Origin: an uncultured Acidobacteriaceae bacterium
GTDB taxonomy: Bacteria; Acidobacteriota; Terriglobia; Terriglobales; Acidobacteriaceae
NCBI GenBank assembly: GCA_963744265.1
Contig: CAVUSW010000010.1
Location: 316,147 to 380,146, forward strand
Direction: 5' to 3'
Length of the DNA stretch: 64,000 nucleotides
Shown here: positions 9,196 through 21,723 of the stretch, in pieces
Numbering within the stretch: position 1 is the first letter of the stretch
How the letters are laid out: the number at the start of each line of letters is the position of its first letter
Position numbers and translations under genes: made by a program
Notes under the pieces: model-generated
What the model saw: only the letters and a program-made list of their open reading frames with translations
The model's database searches: none
Told to the model about the DNA's origin: nothing

Positions 9196-9404
9196 AAATC
9201 AGTGGCTAGGGGCGAGAGGCTAAGGACTAGTGATCATTCACAATCGCTATTCGCCAAAGCATGAAGTTGTCATCCTGCGCAGAGGCGTGCCGCCTTTGCG
9301 CGCCGCAGTCGAAGGATCTCCATTCGCGATAAACGTGGTTCGTGGCAGCTCGTCCCGACAGCGAAGGTTCCGCACACTAGCCACTAGCCCCTGACCACTG
9401 ATTT
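9196..9404. repeat. Palindromic, MITE-like intergenic element whose termini are inverted heptamer arrays
   Basis: The left end aaatCAGTGGCTAGGGGCGAGAGGCTAAGGACTAGTG matches the reverse complement of the right end, aaaatCAGTGGTCAGGGGCTAGTGGCTAGTGTG. There is an internal 11 bp hairpin at 9277-9301. The element carries no ORF. Confidence 0.55.
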
Positions 9405-10391
9405 TCAGCTTTCCCGCTGCACCACAAACTCCGGGACCCAGAGCAAGACGCGCTTGATCTCGGAGTCTGGGAAGGTGCAAATGGATTCGCGAGCTTTGTT
9501 GGAGAAATCGACGGCGAGAGCATAGGCCGCGTCGATGGATCCGTGCCGGTTCAGGATGGCAACGATGTCAGCGGGAGTAATGCCATTGAAACCGCCATTG
9601 TTGAGGACGGACAGAATGGTGTCGCGCTCCTGCGGCGTGCAACGCTCCAGAGCGTGCAGGACCGCCATAGTCGCTTTGCCTTCGCGGAGATCGCTGGCGA
9701 CAGGCTTGCCGAGAACTTCTTCGGACGCCGTGAGATCGAGGACATCGTCGACAATCTGAAACGCCATGCCGAGATTGCGGCCGTATTCCGCCAGGCGATG
9801 CTGATCCGCGTCGTTGGCTCCGGCGAGAATTCCGCCCAGCCTCATGCACACCGAGAACAGGCAGGCAGTCTTGCGGAAGATGAGTTCGAAATGTTCGTCG
9901 AGCGAGATAGCTTTTCCCAGCCGCTCGATCTGAAGGAGTTCGCCTTCGACCATGGCCTGGGTCAGATCGATGAGCGCGTCGAGGATATGGAAATTGCGTT
10001 CCTGGATGGCGATATTAAAGGCCTGCATGTAAAGCCAGTCGCCAGCCAGCACACACTTTGAATTGCCCCATTGTGTGTTGGCAGCGGGACGTCCGCGGCG
10101 GGTCTGGGCTTCGTCGATGATGTCGTCGTGCACCAGGGTTGCAGTGTGAATGATCTCGACCACGGCGCCCAGCTTGATAGCGCCCTGGCCGGTGTAGTTC
10201 ATCAGCTTGCAAGACAGCAAAAGGAGCGCAGGACGCAGGCGTTTGCCTCCGCCGGCGCGAAGGTATTCGCCAATCTCGGTAATGGCCCGTACGCCCGAAA
10301 CCGTGTCGCGTCCGAACTCGCGCTCGATGGCCGCGAGGTCGTCGTGCAACAGGTCAAAAACTTCCTTGGCAGTGCGGGTTACGGTATTCAA
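9405..10391 (-). CDS. Long-chain polyprenyl diphosphate synthase
   Basis: First Asp-rich motif LVHDDIIDE and second Asp-rich motif IVDDVLD. Intact 328 aa ORF. Confidence 0.85.
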   Translation of the reverse strand: MNTVTRTAKEVFDLLHDDLAAIEREFGRDTVSGVRAITEIGEYLRAGGGKRLRPALLLLSCKLMNYTGQGAIKLGAVVEIIHTATLVHDDIIDEAQTRRGRPAANTQWGNSKCVLAGDWLYMQAFNIAIQERNFHILDALIDLTQAMVEGELLQIERLGKAISLDEHFELIFRKTACLFSVCMRLGGILAGANDADQHRLAEYGRNLGMAFQIVDDVLDLTASEEVLGKPVASDLREGKATMAVLHALERCTPQERDTILSVLNNGGFNGITPADIVAILNRHGSIDAAYALAVDFSNKARESICTFPDSEIKRVLLWVPEFVVQRES

Positions 10392-10405
10392 ACGTGTTCG
10401 CCCCG

Positions 10406-10900
10406 TCAGTTGGATCGGTAATTGGTGAACTGCATGTCGATGCCGAAATCGCTCTGCTTGAGAAGCGCGATGATGTCCTGCAGTGTATCGCGGTCCTTGC
10501 CGCTGACGCGAACCAGGTCGCCCTGGATGGCAGCTTGCACCTTCTTCTTGGAGTTCTTGATGAGCTTGACGATTTCCCGCGCTTTCTCGATGGGGATACC
10601 TTGTTGCATGGTGATGCGCTGACGGACGGTCGAACCTGCGGCCGGCTCGATGGCCCCGTAGGTGAAGGCCTTCAGCGGTACGCTGCGCTTGACCAGCTTG
10701 CTTTGGAGGACATCGTTCACGGCTTTGAGCTTGAACTCGTCGGCGGAAGTGAGCACCAGCGCTTCCTTCTCGTCCATTTGGATGTCGGATTTCGAGTCCT
10801 TCAAGTCGTACCGAGTGTGGATTTCCTTCAATGCCTGCTGGATGGCGTTGGAAACCTCTTGCATGTCGACCTTACTGACTACATCGAATGATTCAGCCAT
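10406..10900 (-). CDS. yajQ: YajQ-family (UPF0234) nucleotide-binding protein
   Basis: 164 aa ORF whose length and sequence pattern are typical of YajQ ([13 protein letters not shown]..., ending QFTNYR). Confidence 0.8.
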   Translation of the reverse strand: MAESFDVVSKVDMQEVSNAIQQALKEIHTRYDLKDSKSDIQMDEKEALVLTSADEFKLKAVNDVLQSKLVKRSVPLKAFTYGAIEPAAGSTVRQRITMQQGIPIEKAREIVKLIKNSKKKVQAAIQGDLVRVSGKDRDTLQDIIALLKQSDFGIDMQFTNYRSN

Positions 10901-10959
10901 AAATGTCAGTGTAACAAGAGAGGCGCGGAATCTGCTGCAAAACGCTTGTTAATCGCGTA

Positions 10960-11793
10960 CTACTTGGCTGGGGAGGATGGAGCGTCGGTTGAATTCGTCA
11001 GGCCGAACAACTTGTCGAAGTTGGCTGAGGTCTGAGAGCCGACTTCTTCGGTAGAAATGCCGCGCAACATACCGATCTGGTGGGCAACCTCAACCACGAA
11101 TGCCGGTTCGTTGCGTTTGCCGCGATGTGGAACCGGAGCCAGATAAGGCGAATCGGTCTCGATAAAGATGCGATCGAGCGGCGCCATGCGGGCGGCATCG
11201 CGAATGTTTTGCGCTTTTGGATAAGTGATATTACCGGCAAAAGAAAGGATGAAGCCAAGATCTAGGGCTGCGCGGGCGTGATCGAGCGATCCGGTGAAAC
11301 AATGCAACACGCCTCTAATACCGCTGGACGCCCAATGCTCGCGGAGCAGGCGCAGCAGGTCGTCCCAGGCATTCTCGCTATTGTCCGACGGGCGGCAGTG
11401 GATGATGATCGGCAGTTTGGCCGCTTGCGCCATTTTCATTTGCTGCATGAATACATGCTGCTGAACGTCGCGCGGAGAGTGATCGTAAAAGTAGTCGAGT
11501 CCGATTTCGCCCCACGCAATCACTTTGGGATCGCGTGCCAGGCGTTCCAGTGCGTCGAAATCGGCCGGCTTGGCGAGTTCAGCTTCGTGCGGATGAATGC
11601 CGACAGTCGCATAAACGTTGTCGTGTTGTTGCGCAAGTTTAATGGCGCAATCGAGCGTGTCGGTTCCCGGACCATCGCCATTGCCGATGGCCAACATCGT
11701 CGTGACGCCGGCTTCCTGCGCGCGGGCGAAAACGTCGGCGCGATCTGAATCGAAGCGCTTATTTTCGAGATGGCAGTGAGAATCGGTGAACAT
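10960..11793 (-). CDS. tatD: TatD-family metal-dependent hydrolase/DNase
   Basis: N-terminal FTDSHCHL motif and later His/Asp metal ligands. Intact 277 aa ORF. Confidence 0.85.
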   Translation of the reverse strand: MFTDSHCHLENKRFDSDRADVFARAQEAGVTTMLAIGNGDGPGTDTLDCAIKLAQQHDNVYATVGIHPHEAELAKPADFDALERLARDPKVIAWGEIGLDYFYDHSPRDVQQHVFMQQMKMAQAAKLPIIIHCRPSDNSENAWDDLLRLLREHWASSGIRGVLHCFTGSLDHARAALDLGFILSFAGNITYPKAQNIRDAARMAPLDRIFIETDSPYLAPVPHRGKRNEPAFVVEVAHQIGMLRGISTEEVGSQTSANFDKLFGLTNSTDAPSSPAK

Positions 11794-11828
11794 TAGTGGC
11801 TAGTGAATAGTGGCTAGTGGATAGAAAA
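11794..11828 (+). repeat. Heptanucleotide array (5 units) filling the whole spacer between the ABC exporter stop and the tatD start
   Basis: TAGTGGC TAGTGAA TAGTGGC TAGTGGA TAGAAAA. The array abuts the tatD start codon, leaving no room for a Shine-Dalgarno sequence. Confidence 0.85.
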
Positions 11829-11831
11829 ACA

Positions 11832-13622
11832 TCAAACCGTTTCCAGCTCTTCTTCCAGCAACTGCTTGTTATACAGCTCGGTGTAGTAGCCGTCGCGCTC
11901 GATCAGTTCGTCATGAGTACCATACTCGACGATCTGGCCATCGTGCAGCACGGCAATGCGATCGGCGTTGCGAACCGTCGAGACACGATGCGAAATGAAG
12001 ATGGTGGTGCGTCCCTGCATGATCTCGCGCAGATGATTCAGGATGCGGTCTTCGGTTTGGGTGTCGACGCTGGCCAGCGCGTCATCGAGAATCAGGATGC
12101 GCGGGCTGCGGATAACGGCGCGCGCAATCGCTGCGCGCTGCTTTTGTCCACCGGAGAGCGTCAGGCCACGCTCTCCCACCAGCGTGTCGTAGCCGTCGGG
12201 AAAGTTCTCGATTTCGGAGGCGATGCTGGCGGCTTCGGCGGCGCGGCGCACGTCCGCGTCGGAAGCCTTCTCGGCGCCAAAGGCGATGTTGTCACGGATG
12301 GTGTCGCTGAACAGAAAAGTTTCCTGCGGAACAAAGCCGATGTTCCGCCGCAAGACGGCGAGCGGAAATTCGCGGATAGGGCGGCCATCGATCAGTACCA
12401 TTCCCGCCTCGGCGTCATAAATACGCGGGATCAGCGAGACCAGCGTCGACTTTCCCGATCCTGTGGGTCCGACAATCGCGAGACTCGTACCGGCTGGCAC
12501 GTGGAGGCTGAGGCTCTTCAAGACCTGTTCGTCACCATGCGCCCGCCCGTCGCCACGTTCTGCCGCGAGGATCGTGTTGCCATAATGAAAGGTGAGATTG
12601 CGAAATTCGATATCACCTTGAATTTCGCTGGGAGCGCCGGCGGCCGGCACAGCTGCGTCCGTGATTTCGGGCTGTTCCGACAAAATGTTGTGGATGCGGA
12701 GCACCGAGGCAGTGCCGCGCTGGAAGATGTTGATGACCCATCCCAATGCGATGATCGGCCAGGTTAGTTGCATCATGTAGGTATTGAAGGCCACGAAGCT
12801 GCCTACACTAATGCGATGCTGCAGCACTTCGCGCCCGCCGACCCAAAGCACGATGACGATGGCAACCCCGAGCAGGGTCTCGAGCGTGGGCCACAGCATT
12901 CCCATCAGGCGAACCAGCTTCAGACTTCGCGCGATGTACTCAGTGTTATCGCGCTCAAAGTTCTCGATCTCGGCCTCTTCCTGCACATAGGCGCGAATCA
13001 GGCGGGCGCCGGAAAAGTTCTCCTGCGCGCGCGCCGAGATGTCGGAGAACATCGCCTGAATACGCTCGAAGCGCTCGTGGATCCGGGCGCCAAAGTACTG
13101 CACCACAATGCTGAAGATGGGTAATGGTGCGAAAGCGAAAAGCGTCAGCTTGGGACTGATGCTCAACATAAAGATCAGCGCGCCAGCGGTGAAAACGATG
13201 GTGTTGGCGGTATACATGATGCCGGGGCCGACCAGCATGCGTACCGCGTTCAGATCGTTGGTGGCGCGGGCCATGATGTCGCCAGTCCGCGTCCGCTGAT
13301 AAAAGCTGTAGGAGAGCCGTTCCAGATGACTGAATAGATCGTTGCGCAGGTCGAATTCGATCTCACGCGAGACACCAATGAGTATCCAGCGAGTTAGATA
13401 TTGAAAGATCGCTTTAATTCCGGCTACGGCCAGCAAGAGGAGGGAGTAGGTCAGCAGTTTGTGCCGGCTCACTCCGAGGTTGAGATCGTCAATCGCCCGG
13501 CGGATGATCAGGGGAAAGAGAATCCAAACGCCGTTATTACAAAGTACGCATAAGCCGCCAATGACGAAGGTGGAACGGTACTTGCGAAGATAGGGAAACA
13601 GCGGGCTCAGGTTCTTGAACAT
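11832..13622 (-). CDS. ABC exporter, fused permease and ATPase (MsbA / multidrug-like)
   Basis: Six-TM N-terminal half, Walker A GPTGSGKST, signature LSGGQKQR and Walker B ILILDDA. Confidence 0.85.
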   Translation of the reverse strand: MFKNLSPLFPYLRKYRSTFVIGGLCVLCNNGVWILFPLIIRRAIDDLNLGVSRHKLLTYSLLLLAVAGIKAIFQYLTRWILIGVSREIEFDLRNDLFSHLERLSYSFYQRTRTGDIMARATNDLNAVRMLVGPGIMYTANTIVFTAGALIFMLSISPKLTLFAFAPLPIFSIVVQYFGARIHERFERIQAMFSDISARAQENFSGARLIRAYVQEEAEIENFERDNTEYIARSLKLVRLMGMLWPTLETLLGVAIVIVLWVGGREVLQHRISVGSFVAFNTYMMQLTWPIIALGWVINIFQRGTASVLRIHNILSEQPEITDAAVPAAGAPSEIQGDIEFRNLTFHYGNTILAAERGDGRAHGDEQVLKSLSLHVPAGTSLAIVGPTGSGKSTLVSLIPRIYDAEAGMVLIDGRPIREFPLAVLRRNIGFVPQETFLFSDTIRDNIAFGAEKASDADVRRAAEAASIASEIENFPDGYDTLVGERGLTLSGGQKQRAAIARAVIRSPRILILDDALASVDTQTEDRILNHLREIMQGRTTIFISHRVSTVRNADRIAVLHDGQIVEYGTHDELIERDGYYTELYNKQLLEEELETV

Positions 13623-13789
13623 GGTTTTAAGCCGTCAGCCCTCAGCTATCAGTCAGAGATCGGTTAGATGATCCTGAATCGTAGGCGATTCCGAACGGCA
13701 ACTCCGGTGCTAAAGCCACTTCTACCGACGTGCCCGAGGGCTGACAGCCGAGAATCGACCACTGACGACCGGCACTGGCAAATGATTTC

Positions 13790-14933
13790 TTACGTCGGCA
13801 CGCGCAGCAACAAGTATCCGCCGGCCAGAGCAAAGATGAAATCTGGAGCCCAGGCCGCCATCATCGCTGGAAGCTGGTTGGCATCGCCCATGGCCTCAAA
13901 CAAGCCCGAGGTTACCCAATACACGACGGCAATCGCCAAGGCGACCGCCACCCCGACCAGGGCGCCGCCGCGACGTCCCGAGGCAGCAAAAGGAATGGCC
14001 AGAATCGCCATCACCAGCGTGATCAGGGGAAAGGCGATCTTCTTCTGCAACTGTACCTTCAGCCGAACAGTATCGAACCCGCTTTGCTGCAGGTCATCGA
14101 TGTAGCGGCGCAACTCGTCGTAATTCATCTCCGACGATTGCTTCACTTCCTTCTTGAAGTAGCTGGGGTCCTCGTGAACGTCATTGAAAGTGGCCACATC
14201 GAAGGTTCGGTAGTCCTGAATGGATGCGCCGTGCAGAGTCCGCACCCAGCCCTGTTCGAACACCCATTTTTGCAGGTTACTTTCCCAGTGAGCATGTTCC
14301 GCATGGATGCGGCGCGTCAGCTGAAACGTGTTTGGGTCAAACTCGAAGATCGAAATTCCGCCGAAGGAATTCAGATCAGGATCGAAAACCCGGTAGTAAT
14401 AAATTTCGTTGTTCTGGCCGAAAATCCACTTGCGATCGGCCTGAAGATAGGTCTGCGGCGGTTTGCCTTTGATTTCGTTACGCAGGATTTCCTGCTGGCG
14501 GTTAGTGCGAGGGATGTAAAGCTGGTCGAACGTAAACAGTCCGACTGCAAATAATGCGCTTACGACAATGACAGGAAGAGTCGCGCGATAGATGCTGAAC
14601 CCCGATGCCTTCATCGCGATCAGTTCACTGGACTTCTCCATCAGGCCAAACGTGATGAGCACGGCCAGCAGGACCGCCATGGGAGCCATCAGATAGATGC
14701 AGCGAAGGGCTGAGATTCCATAGATATTCCGCCAGCATGACGACGGGCACCTTATTGCGCACGATGTCGGTGAGCAATTCGAAGAAGGTGAAGACTAGCG
14801 CCAGGACCAGGAAGGTGGCCAGAATCATAGTCAGATACAGCGCGAAATCGCGCAGGATCATGTCATCGAGGATCAAAGGGAAACGCGCGCTGAAACGGCG
14901 TCTGTGCTGTGACGATTCGGAGGAGGCATGCAC
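13790..14933 (-). pseudogene. lptG: LptG-like LPS export permease half, with one frame break
   Basis: YjgP/YjgQ-type N-terminus ..LILDDMILRDFALYL.. The frame break near 14699 separates ..WNLSPSL from IYLMAPMAVLLAV.. A possible GTG start lies at 14933. Confidence 0.65.
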
Positions 14934-16169
14934 GCTGGCGAATTGCCTTCGTTGGGCTCCCAGAGACTGCAGTTTTTGCAGCAGTAATTTCCATCCCGCC
15001 GTCAGGTTGGCAATCTCGATAGGCATACGATCCACGCGCCACAGCAGGATCAGTCCGCAGACAAAAAAGAAAATGTTTCCCATCCAGGCGCCAAACCAGG
15101 GAGACATCTTCCCCTGGCGTGCCATCTGGACTCCGATCATGGAGAAAAAGTAATAAACGACGACCAGCAAAATGGTAAGTACGAAGCCGGTGCTTTTGCC
15201 GCCTTTGCGCGCCGACAATCCCAGCGGAATGCCCACCATGGCGAGCACGAGACAGGCGGTCGGAAGGGCAAAGCGGCGATGGAACTCAATCTCGTAGTAG
15301 CGGGCCTTGATGAGGTCGTAGTTGTAGCTGCCGGGATCGGAAGCCTTCACGGTTTCGGCGGACTGACGCTCGCGGGCGGCATTGCTCAGCAGCTCATGCA
15401 GGCTTAATTCCGGCACTGGCAGCAGATCGTGCGGGCGCTCGTCATTGCCAGGCAGAGCGAGCGGCATATCCGTGTTGTCGAAGGTGGTGATGGAATACTG
15501 ATCTTTGGAGTTGGCCACCAGCTCTTGCTGGGTGCCGTCTTCCAAATGAAAGCGCAGGTTTTGGGGCGAGTCGCTGATCAGGGCCCCGCGCTGCGCCAAG
15601 GTGATCTTGGGAGATGCGGGATCGCTGACATCGGCCAGGAAAATGCCTCGCCACAGCGCCTTGCCGTTGGACGGAATCGCATCCTGCACGTACAAGACGA
15701 TATTCTTGAAGTCTTCGTAGAAGACCCGCGGCTGGACTTCGAAGGAGGCCTGAGACGATTTCAGCCGGTCTTGCAGGTGATCGAGAGCAGTCGCCGACTT
15801 GGGCGCGACCACGATGCTGTTGAACATACCCAGCATCAAGGCGAAGATGGCAAAGATCGAAATAGCCCGGACAAACATTCCCACGCCCATGCCGCTGGCC
15901 CGGATGGCGGTGACTTCGCTATCAGCAGCCATGCGGCTGAGGCCCACCAGGATGCCGACCAGCACGCCCATGGGCAAGGTGATGGTGAACGTCTCCGGCA
16001 ACGTGTACAGAAAGATTTCCGCAACACTGGGCAAGGGCGCGCTATTGCGGACGATCAACTCCAGCAGACGCCCCAGATCGCGCATGAAGATAATGAAAGT
16101 AAACAGGGCCACGCCCAGCAGAGCGTGTGAGCTGACCTCTTTCAAGATATAGCGGGTAAGGATGCGCAC
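14934..16169 (-). CDS. lptF: LptF-like LPS export permease; it runs in frame into the LptG-like half with no stop codon
   Basis: N-terminus MRILTRYILKEV (GTG start at 16169) and the LptF/G topology. No in-frame stop before 14933. Confidence 0.7.
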
Positions 16170-16264
16170 AACACACTAGTTTACCGGAAGTCGAGGCGTG
16201 TGGAAGACCGGGAATGGGTCGTGGGTCATAAGTGTCGGCGCCTTGATGCGATAGCGCCCGGCCA

Positions 16265-16293
16265 GTGACCTCCGAGAGTGCAATGCTTATAAT
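16265..16293 (+). promoter_or_regulatory. Candidate sigma70-type promoter upstream of the small ORF and secA
   Basis: GTGACC (16265-16270), a 17 nt spacer, then TATAAT (16288-16293). Confidence 0.3.
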
Positions 16294-16333
16294 CGAGAAA
16301 ATGGCAAGCGGTACAGGGAGCTAAATAGCCGCC

Positions 16334-16537
16334 ATGTGGCACAAGAGATCGCGACCGATGAGTACGCTCTTCTTTATTTCCCTGGCACTGAGTTTTGTCC
16401 TGCTTGCCTTGGTGGCCGCGTTGGATCTTCTCGGAAAGTCAGTGCCCGCTGCCTTGCTGGGGGTTGCTTTGGCTGCGGCTGGACTTGCTCTGTGGCGTGC
16501 TATCGCCGAGAGGCCGAAGTCGTCATCGCAAGCCTAA
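16334..16537 (+). CDS. Possible small two-helix membrane protein
   Basis: 67 aa ORF with two hydrophobic helices (FFISLALSFVLLALVAAL, LGVALAAAGLALW). There is no homology evidence available to me. Confidence 0.3.
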   Translation: MWHKRSRPMSTLFFISLALSFVLLALVAALDLLGKSVPAALLGVALAAAGLALWRAIAERPKSSSQA

Positions 16538-16712
16538 AGAGATGTTGCCTAAGGGTGCTTCCGGCAAGGACGGGCGTCATGTCGCTGCCCTGCGACTCCG
16601 TCAGCCGCCGGGCATCCAATGTGGTAGCCTTTTAATGGGGTGGAGTGTGTCCGGAGCGAATTTCTGCTCGCGGCTTAGACTCCAACCGAGCCGCTGGGCA
16701 AGGGATACAGCA

Positions 16713-19685
<2,973 letters not shown>

Positions 19686-19741
19686 CGACGCCGATCTTCG
19701 CCTTTCGCTTATAGGCTCCTGCCGAGATCAATCCCGCCAGC

Positions 19742-20236
19742 TCAGAGGTCTTTCACGTACTCGTGAAGCGGCATTCCGAAAAAGTCAGTGATCCTGCCAG
19801 AGCGGCGATACCCATGCTGTTCGTAAAATCGCATCGCGCGCTGCAGTGGCTCGGTCGTATCCAGGGTGATACGACCGCATCCTCGGCTTAGGAGTTCGGC
19901 TTCAGCAGCGCGCAACACCCTCTCAGCCGCTCCCCGGCCCTGCCATTTCGGCTGCACGGCCATGCCTCTCAGGTGACCTTCGGTCCCGTCCGACATCGCG
20001 CAAGCTATCGTGCCAATGACTTGTTCGGCCGCCGCTACCGCGACCAAGACCTGCATGGACTCAAGTCGCCGCGCGATCGTTTCCGCAGTGAGCACGGTAT
20101 CGAGATAAGCACCCGGAGTGTAGCGGGCGCGATACGGCTCAAAAGCCGAGGCAAGACAACCTAGAATTGCGCCAGCGTCAGCCGCAGTCGCTTTGCGAAC
20201 CGAGATATCGTCCTCTGATCTAGACATCCTCAGCAC
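19742..20236 (-). CDS. GNAT-family N-acetyltransferase
   Basis: Acetyl-CoA binding motif ..MAVQPKWQGRGAAERVL.. Intact 164 aa ORF. Confidence 0.8.
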   Translation of the reverse strand: MLRMSRSEDDISVRKATAADAGAILGCLASAFEPYRARYTPGAYLDTVLTAETIARRLESMQVLVAVAAAEQVIGTIACAMSDGTEGHLRGMAVQPKWQGRGAAERVLRAAEAELLSRGCGRITLDTTEPLQRAMRFYEQHGYRRSGRITDFFGMPLHEYVKDL

Positions 20237-20258
20237 CAGGTTTCCACAACTTTAATTC

Positions 20259-20390
20259 CTATGTCCGGCCGGTGAGCACGTGGCCAAAACGGCCAGGCAG
20301 CTCTTTATGTATGACACGGAATCCGGCCTGTTCATTGATATGACGCGCAGGAAAATAGTTCGTCCACAGGACAATTCTGCAATAACAGGC
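20259..20390 (-). pseudogene. Possible remnant of the C-terminus of a second GNAT (MarR-GNAT type) gene
   Basis: The minus-strand translation ACYCRIVLWTNYFPARHINEQAGFRVIHKELPGRFGHVLTGRT* resembles the ..ivLWTn..AR.iYe.aGF..v....fGh.l.. tail of that family. It is preceded by an in-frame TAG. Confidence 0.3.
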
Positions 20391-20496
20391 CTACGCGCGA
20401 AACGTTCTCGAAGGGAAAACTGGGTTCAGACCGGAGTCACTTCTGTAACGGTCAGACCGCAAGTGATCCGACTAATTTTGTGTTGGTGACGGACTT

Positions 20497-20529
20497 CCAA
20501 AACAAAAAGCCCAGCCTGGCGACTGGGCT
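20497..20529 (-). terminator. Rho-independent terminator of cspA
   Basis: On the minus strand, AGCCCAG-8 nt loop-CTGGGCT is followed by TTTTTGTTTTGG, about 25 nt after the cspA stop. Confidence 0.7.
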
Positions 20530-20553
20530 CTCTGAACTACAGCAAAAACGCTT

Positions 20554-20757
20554 TTATTGGACCCGCGTCACGTTGCCGGCCTGCGGCCCCTTCTGCCCGT
20601 CGACGATCTCGAACTCCACCTGATCGCCTTCCTGCAGACTCTTATATCCCTCGATGTTGATCGCGCTGTAATGCACAAATACATCTGCACTGCCATCCTC
20701 ACGGCCAATGAAGCCAAAGCCCTTTGCGTTATTGAACCATTTCACGGTTCCTTTCAT
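20554..20757 (-). CDS. cspA: Cold-shock protein, CspA family
   Basis: [17 protein letters not shown] (RNP1) and VFVHYSAI (RNP2). 67 aa. Confidence 0.9.
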   Translation of the reverse strand: MKGTVKWFNNAKGFGFIGREDGSADVFVHYSAINIEGYKSLQEGDQVEFEIVDGQKGPQAGNVTRVQ

Positions 20758-21063
20758 TCTCACTTTCTTTCTTCCTCCGGGCAAAGCCCCTCAGCAGCCC
20801 CCACCCCGAGGGATGCTGGTCTTAAATTGCGTCAATCAGGTTGAGCCAGAAGCCAGAGTTTTGAGAGGACTTTTTCCCAACCAATGGCACGGTGGAACGG
20901 AGCCTGTTGAACTGCTTATCTTAAAGTTTCCCGCCGTTTCGTGGTGTTGTCAAGAGAGTATACAGATCGATGGCCGCATCTTTATTGGGTTTTTCGATAT
21001 GTTCGGGACCGGACTTTTGAGATATCTGCGGCTGCCTCTGGCACCAATGATGCCGGCATTCCG

Positions 21064-21703
21064 TCACTTCTTTCCCTGAGGTCGCAGGCTACGCATCTGG
21101 GCCAGCCACAGCACTCCCGAAATTGTCTTGCCATCGCGGATTTTGCCGGACTTCACCATTGCGATCACCCTCGACAGCGGCATCATCTGGCATTCGAGGA
21201 CTTCATCCTCTTCGGGCTGAGCCTCGCCAGCGGTCAACTCGCGGGCCAAGTAAATCGTCATCGTCTCGTCTCAGAAATCCGGGGCTGGGATAGAAGTACA
21301 GGGCGCGCTTCCACTTTTTCGCGCGATAGCCAGTCTCCTCCAGCAATTCGCGCTTAGCGCCGGCCAAAGCTTGCTCACCGCGATCAAGGCTGCCGGCGGG
21401 CAACTCCAAAAGATAGTCCTGGGCGGCGTACCGGTATTGGCGCTCCAGCAGGATGAGCGGCTCACTTCCACTGTCATCAACGGCCAGAATGACCACGGAT
21501 CCTGGGTGACGGATGACATCTCGTTGCGCGACGACGCCGGTCGGTTCCGTCACCCGGTCGGAGGTCACGCTGAATACCGGACCTTCGTACACGACTTTAG
21601 AGGACTGGATCTCAAGTTTCTGGCGCTTGCTGTTGGAACGGGCGCGCTTCGGTGGCTGATGTTGCCTGGAACGGTTAGTGGCGGAGCTGCTTTTCGGAGG
21701 CAT
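21064..21703 (-). pseudogene. NUDIX hydrolase (ADP-ribose pyrophosphatase-like), with one frame break
   Basis: Nudix box GAKRELLEETGY. The frame break near 21262 separates ..SPGFL from DETMTIYLAREL.. Confidence 0.8.
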
Positions 21704-21723
21704 ATCTACAATATAAGGCAGCC

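Noticed and set aside
11817-12767. Long ORFs antisense to real genes. These are 11817-12767, 17151-18404, 18417-19565, 36093-36719, 42123-43085, 54475-55269, 56808-58001, 58203-59048 and 62119-63120.
   Set aside because: Each mirrors a gene with strong motif support on the other strand. Their translations are Arg/Gly/His-rich with no motifs, which is the usual shadow-ORF effect in GC-rich DNA.
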